Origin: Macrostomum lignano
Taxonomy: Eukaryota
Length of the DNA: 64,000 nt
Direction of reading: 5' to 3'
Assembly: GCA_002269645.1 (NCBI GenBank)
Contig: NIVC01000746.1
Span: 310,001-374,000, forward strand
Shown: piece by piece, positions 60,577-64,000 of the stretch
Position numbering within the stretch: the stretch's first letter is position 1
Layout of the letters: the number at the start of each line of letters is the position of its first letter
Program-made: the position numbers and the translations under genes
Notes under the pieces: model-generated
What the model was told of the DNA's origin: nothing
Databases searched by the model: none
What the model saw: only the letters and a program-made list of their open reading frames with translations

Positions 60577-62883
60577 ATGCTACGCCTAAAAAACGCCTGC
60601 GAGAACTTGTCCGCCCACGGACTGCCCCGGGCTGCCACCAGCGACAAGCCCGTCTACGTGAGAGTGGCCTGGCTGCTGCTCTTCCTGCTCTTTCTCTGTC
60701 TGTTCGTGCGAGGTCTCGTCGGATTCGTGAGCAAGCTGCAGAGCAGGCAGGTGAGCTCGTCTCTGGAGGCCAGCTCGGTGCGCTTCCAGTTTCCTGACGT
60801 GTACGCGTGCTTCGAGAGTCCGGTGTCGGGCACCTACGCGGCGAACATGAGCGCAGACACTGCCAGGGAGTTGGAGGCGAGGCTGAACGACACTGAAAAC
60901 TTCTTTTTTTCGTGCCACAGAAGTAGTATACCCAACATCGACTCGTTGCCTCCCCAGGCAATCGCATACATGTTTCGTAGCACATTGAAATTCATGAGCT
61001 TCTACTTCCCAACCTCCCTGCCATACCGGCTACTGGTGGACGTCCTGGCTCACAGAGCTGAACAGTCAATCATTTCAAGTGAGATCGTGTTTATGAACGA
61101 CTTGGGCGTACCGACCTACGAGAGCGTCAACTTCAGCAGTTTCTACCACCCGAATTACCTGCGCTGCTTCCGCTGGAGACTCGCGCCGTCGACCCAAGAG
61201 AAACTGCTGCGGAGCGGCACCTCGGCCGGTCTCGTGCTGACGCTGCTGCTCGATGGCAACTCTTCATCTCTTGTTCCGGTCAGCGGCCGAACCGTTGCTA
61301 CCAGAGTTTTTAAACCGAATGAATCGAGCTTCAGTCGTACATACAGTGGCATCCGGTGCCGCTGTCGGACTGGTCTCTCTCTCTTCACGACTGGAACCGC
61401 TCGGATCGTAGCTCGGGAGTCAGAGTGTTCCTGACTCCGCGTGGCGAGTATCCGACAGACTTTTCAACTTCCTACTTGCTGGCCCCTGGAAAATTTCATG
61501 CGGTAATTTTTGCGACCGGGTGACTAAGCTACGAGCCAGTAATGGCGCCATTCGAAGTGCCAATAGTACCAATTTGTTCGAATATTCAATTGCGAAATAA
61601 ATATCATGTATCTTTTCCCAACTTTTCGTCGTTTACCCAAGCCAACAGTTTGACTTGAGAGGTGGTTGTAGCCTAGTGGTTTGAGTGTCGGATTCACAAC
61701 AGAAAGGTCGGGTTCGATCTCGACCCACTTTGTACAATTTGTGTTCTTAAGCAAGACCACTAAACTCTGCATTGTTTCAGCTTACCCAGCTGTTAGAATG
61801 GACCTACTAGCATTAGCTGGGGTAATTGAGGGTGTGCGAGTGGCGACCCCAATGTGCAGCGATTGTTGGTTGTGTATCTGCCTTTTAGGGCCTGTGGAAT
61901 CAGTCATTATTTATTTATGATTGCTAATATTGAGCCAACGAATTCACACGTCCACTTTAGATGGACGTTTCCATGTTGGAACAGAGCCGGAGCAAGGATG
62001 CCATTGATTGTCTTGAAAGCCAGCCATCCGTTCAATTTGACAATCCCTACGAGGAAACTCCATACACCCATGAGTACAGCTACTCCTACTGCTACTACTA
62101 CGAGTATCACAAGGAGGTCCAAGCACGCAAAAACGTTTCAGGCCCGAATTCACCGCTGCCCTGGTCGTTGCGTAATAAAGCGTTTATCCTGAATATGACG
62201 GGAGCCGGGGAGGTATTCTGCGGTACTAACAATGGCACCGGCAGTCCCGTGGATCCAGTGGAGACAAGGTAAGTCTGTTTTAACATGCTGTCATGAATGA
62301 AAAATGCATAAGAACAGAAATTTCTGCGCGGCATTGAAGATTTGGTGAGGTGGCTCTGGAAGCCTGCCGGGGTCGCGACCGCTGCAAGCTGCTGCAGTAT
62401 GACGCGACCATCTCCAGCGCCGACTGGCCCGCTCCATCATCGCTCAGCACCTACCTGGGGACCACCGTGGCCGCTGCCAGAGCCTCGGCCGTCGGCCGGG
62501 GTCTCTCGGTTCCCGCGCTCGACTTTCTGGTCAGCAACGCCAGCAGTGCAGACGCGGCCGCCTACGTGCGATCCAACCTGCTGAAGCTGCAGATCCGACC
62601 GAGCCGAGTGCAGTGCGACCGCCTCATCTACGCCGTCGACTACGGCCTTGAGAACTTCATTGCCGATGTAGGCGGCATCTTGGGCATCTACCTGGGCATG
62701 TCGCTGCTCACCGTGTGTGAGCTCATCGAGCTCATCGTCGATGTAGCGAGGCTCGGCGTCGGCAAGGGCGACTCGAAGGACCGGCAGGCCGACAGACCGC
62801 GCACGGCCAGGGTGGAACCGGAGAGCGGCACGGCGGACGACGTTGCGGCTTCAGAAAATAACACTGGCGGGAAAGCTGCTTAG
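60577..62883 (+). CDS. DEG/ENaC channel subunit, copy B; one 1-nt frameshift
   Basis: Exons 60577-61502, 61961-62268, 62340-62883, with the same intron positions and phases as copy A. One nt is missing within ~61306-61349; after the shift the frame reads WHPVPLSDW...SGVRVFLTPRGEYPTDF...LLAPGKFH like copy A. 592 aa if corrected. Confidence 0.82.
61659..61880 (+). mobile_element. tRNA-derived SINE (different family) in intron 1 of DEG/ENaC copy B
   Basis: A-box TAGCCTAGTGG, B-box GGTTCGATCTC, followed by a central tgtgttcttaagcaagac...acccagctg segment resembling conserved invertebrate SINE cores; accounts for about half of the extra length of the B intron (458 bp vs 70 bp in A). Confidence 0.7.
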
Positions 62884-64000
62884 GATTTGTCGGATTTGAT
62901 GAATAAAATTTCGAGCATAGAATTTGCAAGATTTTTTCAAACTTTTGGATTTAAGCACATGGTTTACATCTTTTTAATAGATATTGACTGTCCGAACGTG
63001 ATTTCTTTGTTGTTCCTGTGTAAAAGTTTTATTTTAGGTCAAAACTTAGTCAAAATACTTTAAGCTGCATATCTTTATATATGATCATTTAATACAAAAA
63101 GCAATAAACTTGTTTGTCGTTTCTTGATAACTCTATGTATGTATATTCCGTTTGTTCAAAATTTTAAATTATTAGAGTACCAATAACCAGAACTATCAAG
63201 TACCGGTTTTTTACATTTTTGTAAGTCAAATCTCACTTTAAATAGTAAATTATAACAAATAATTGCACACAAGTAGTGTTGCAACCGTTTCAATAAGTAT
63301 TCTATTACAATTGTGTTATAGTAAAAAATATATGAATTGTACGAGTACTAGTGTATTATTTTCTCATCTCATGTTATATATTTATTTGCAAATCTTCGTT
63401 GATTGTTTTGAAGAAAATTTATTTATTGTTCAAAATTATTTATTCTTCATACAGTGATAAAGTGTATTCCTATGTGTTTATATTATAGTGTATTTTGCTG
63501 CGAGTTTTTTTCTGAGAAACTACTGTATTTTAAGCTTGCGCCAATTTTGTTTTATTAAAATGATTTTAAAAATATTCAACCAGTAAAATTTGTTAAAAAC
63601 TTGTTCGAAATATAGTTTAAATGCAAGGCTAAATCAGAGCGAAGAATCACATTCTCCCTCCCCCAACTCTCGGAGTCAATCTCTTGAATTTGGTTTTTCA
63701 GTCTGTTACTCTCGAGACACAAGACCTTTGGAAATACGCTCGTAAGAAACCACAGTATTGTGAGAAAATCCATTATACTAAAAATCAATACTCAAAGTGA
63801 AATTTTTCCTAATTTGTTTTTCTTAAAAATCAAAGCATCAGGAGGATCGATAACCGTTAAGAAACTAAAACTATCTCAGAAGTAGTTGTAAGCTAAGCGC
63901 CTTAAGCAGTATAAACCGCCTATTATAGCCGCGTGACCCTCTGTTCCTGGAAAACGCCCGAACAGAGATATCAAAGTCTCTTATAGGAGCAACTACATGT

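Overview
Eukaryotic (animal) genomic DNA with GC-rich exons, AT-rich spacers and introns packed with distinct minisatellites. The style suggests a free-living flatworm such as Macrostomum (inference only). Spliced genes reconstructed by hand: 5' part of PQ-loop protein SLC66A2/PQLC1 (-), FDXR (+, 4 exons, 498 aa), RAB43/19-like (+, 211 aa), UGDH (+, 481 aa), BNIP1/Sec20 (+, no genomic ATG on its first identifiable exon), FKBP2 (+, 159 aa), two divergent GT32 DxD glycosyltransferases (- and +) and two tandem DEG/ENaC channel genes (+). The - strand GT32 gene and both DEG/ENaC genes each carry a single 1-nt frameshift. The 12.4-kb FDXR intron 2 is a nested stack: a tRNA-derived SINE with a 15-bp TSD, then a MITE split by a 10.6-kb head-to-tail Helitron array that carries satellites and a Pol III-like cassette, then a second SINE. 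Other elements: several MITE families with 8-bp TSDs, a Tc1/IS630-like deletion derivative and LTR-like relics. Most notable leads: possible spliced-leader-supplied start codon and operon-like secretory-pathway cluster; DEG/ENaC paralogues with homogenised pore regions but a divergent, cysteine-poor ectodomain; a possible genomic SL relic upstream of PQLC1. No CRISPR, rRNA or intact tRNA gene seen.
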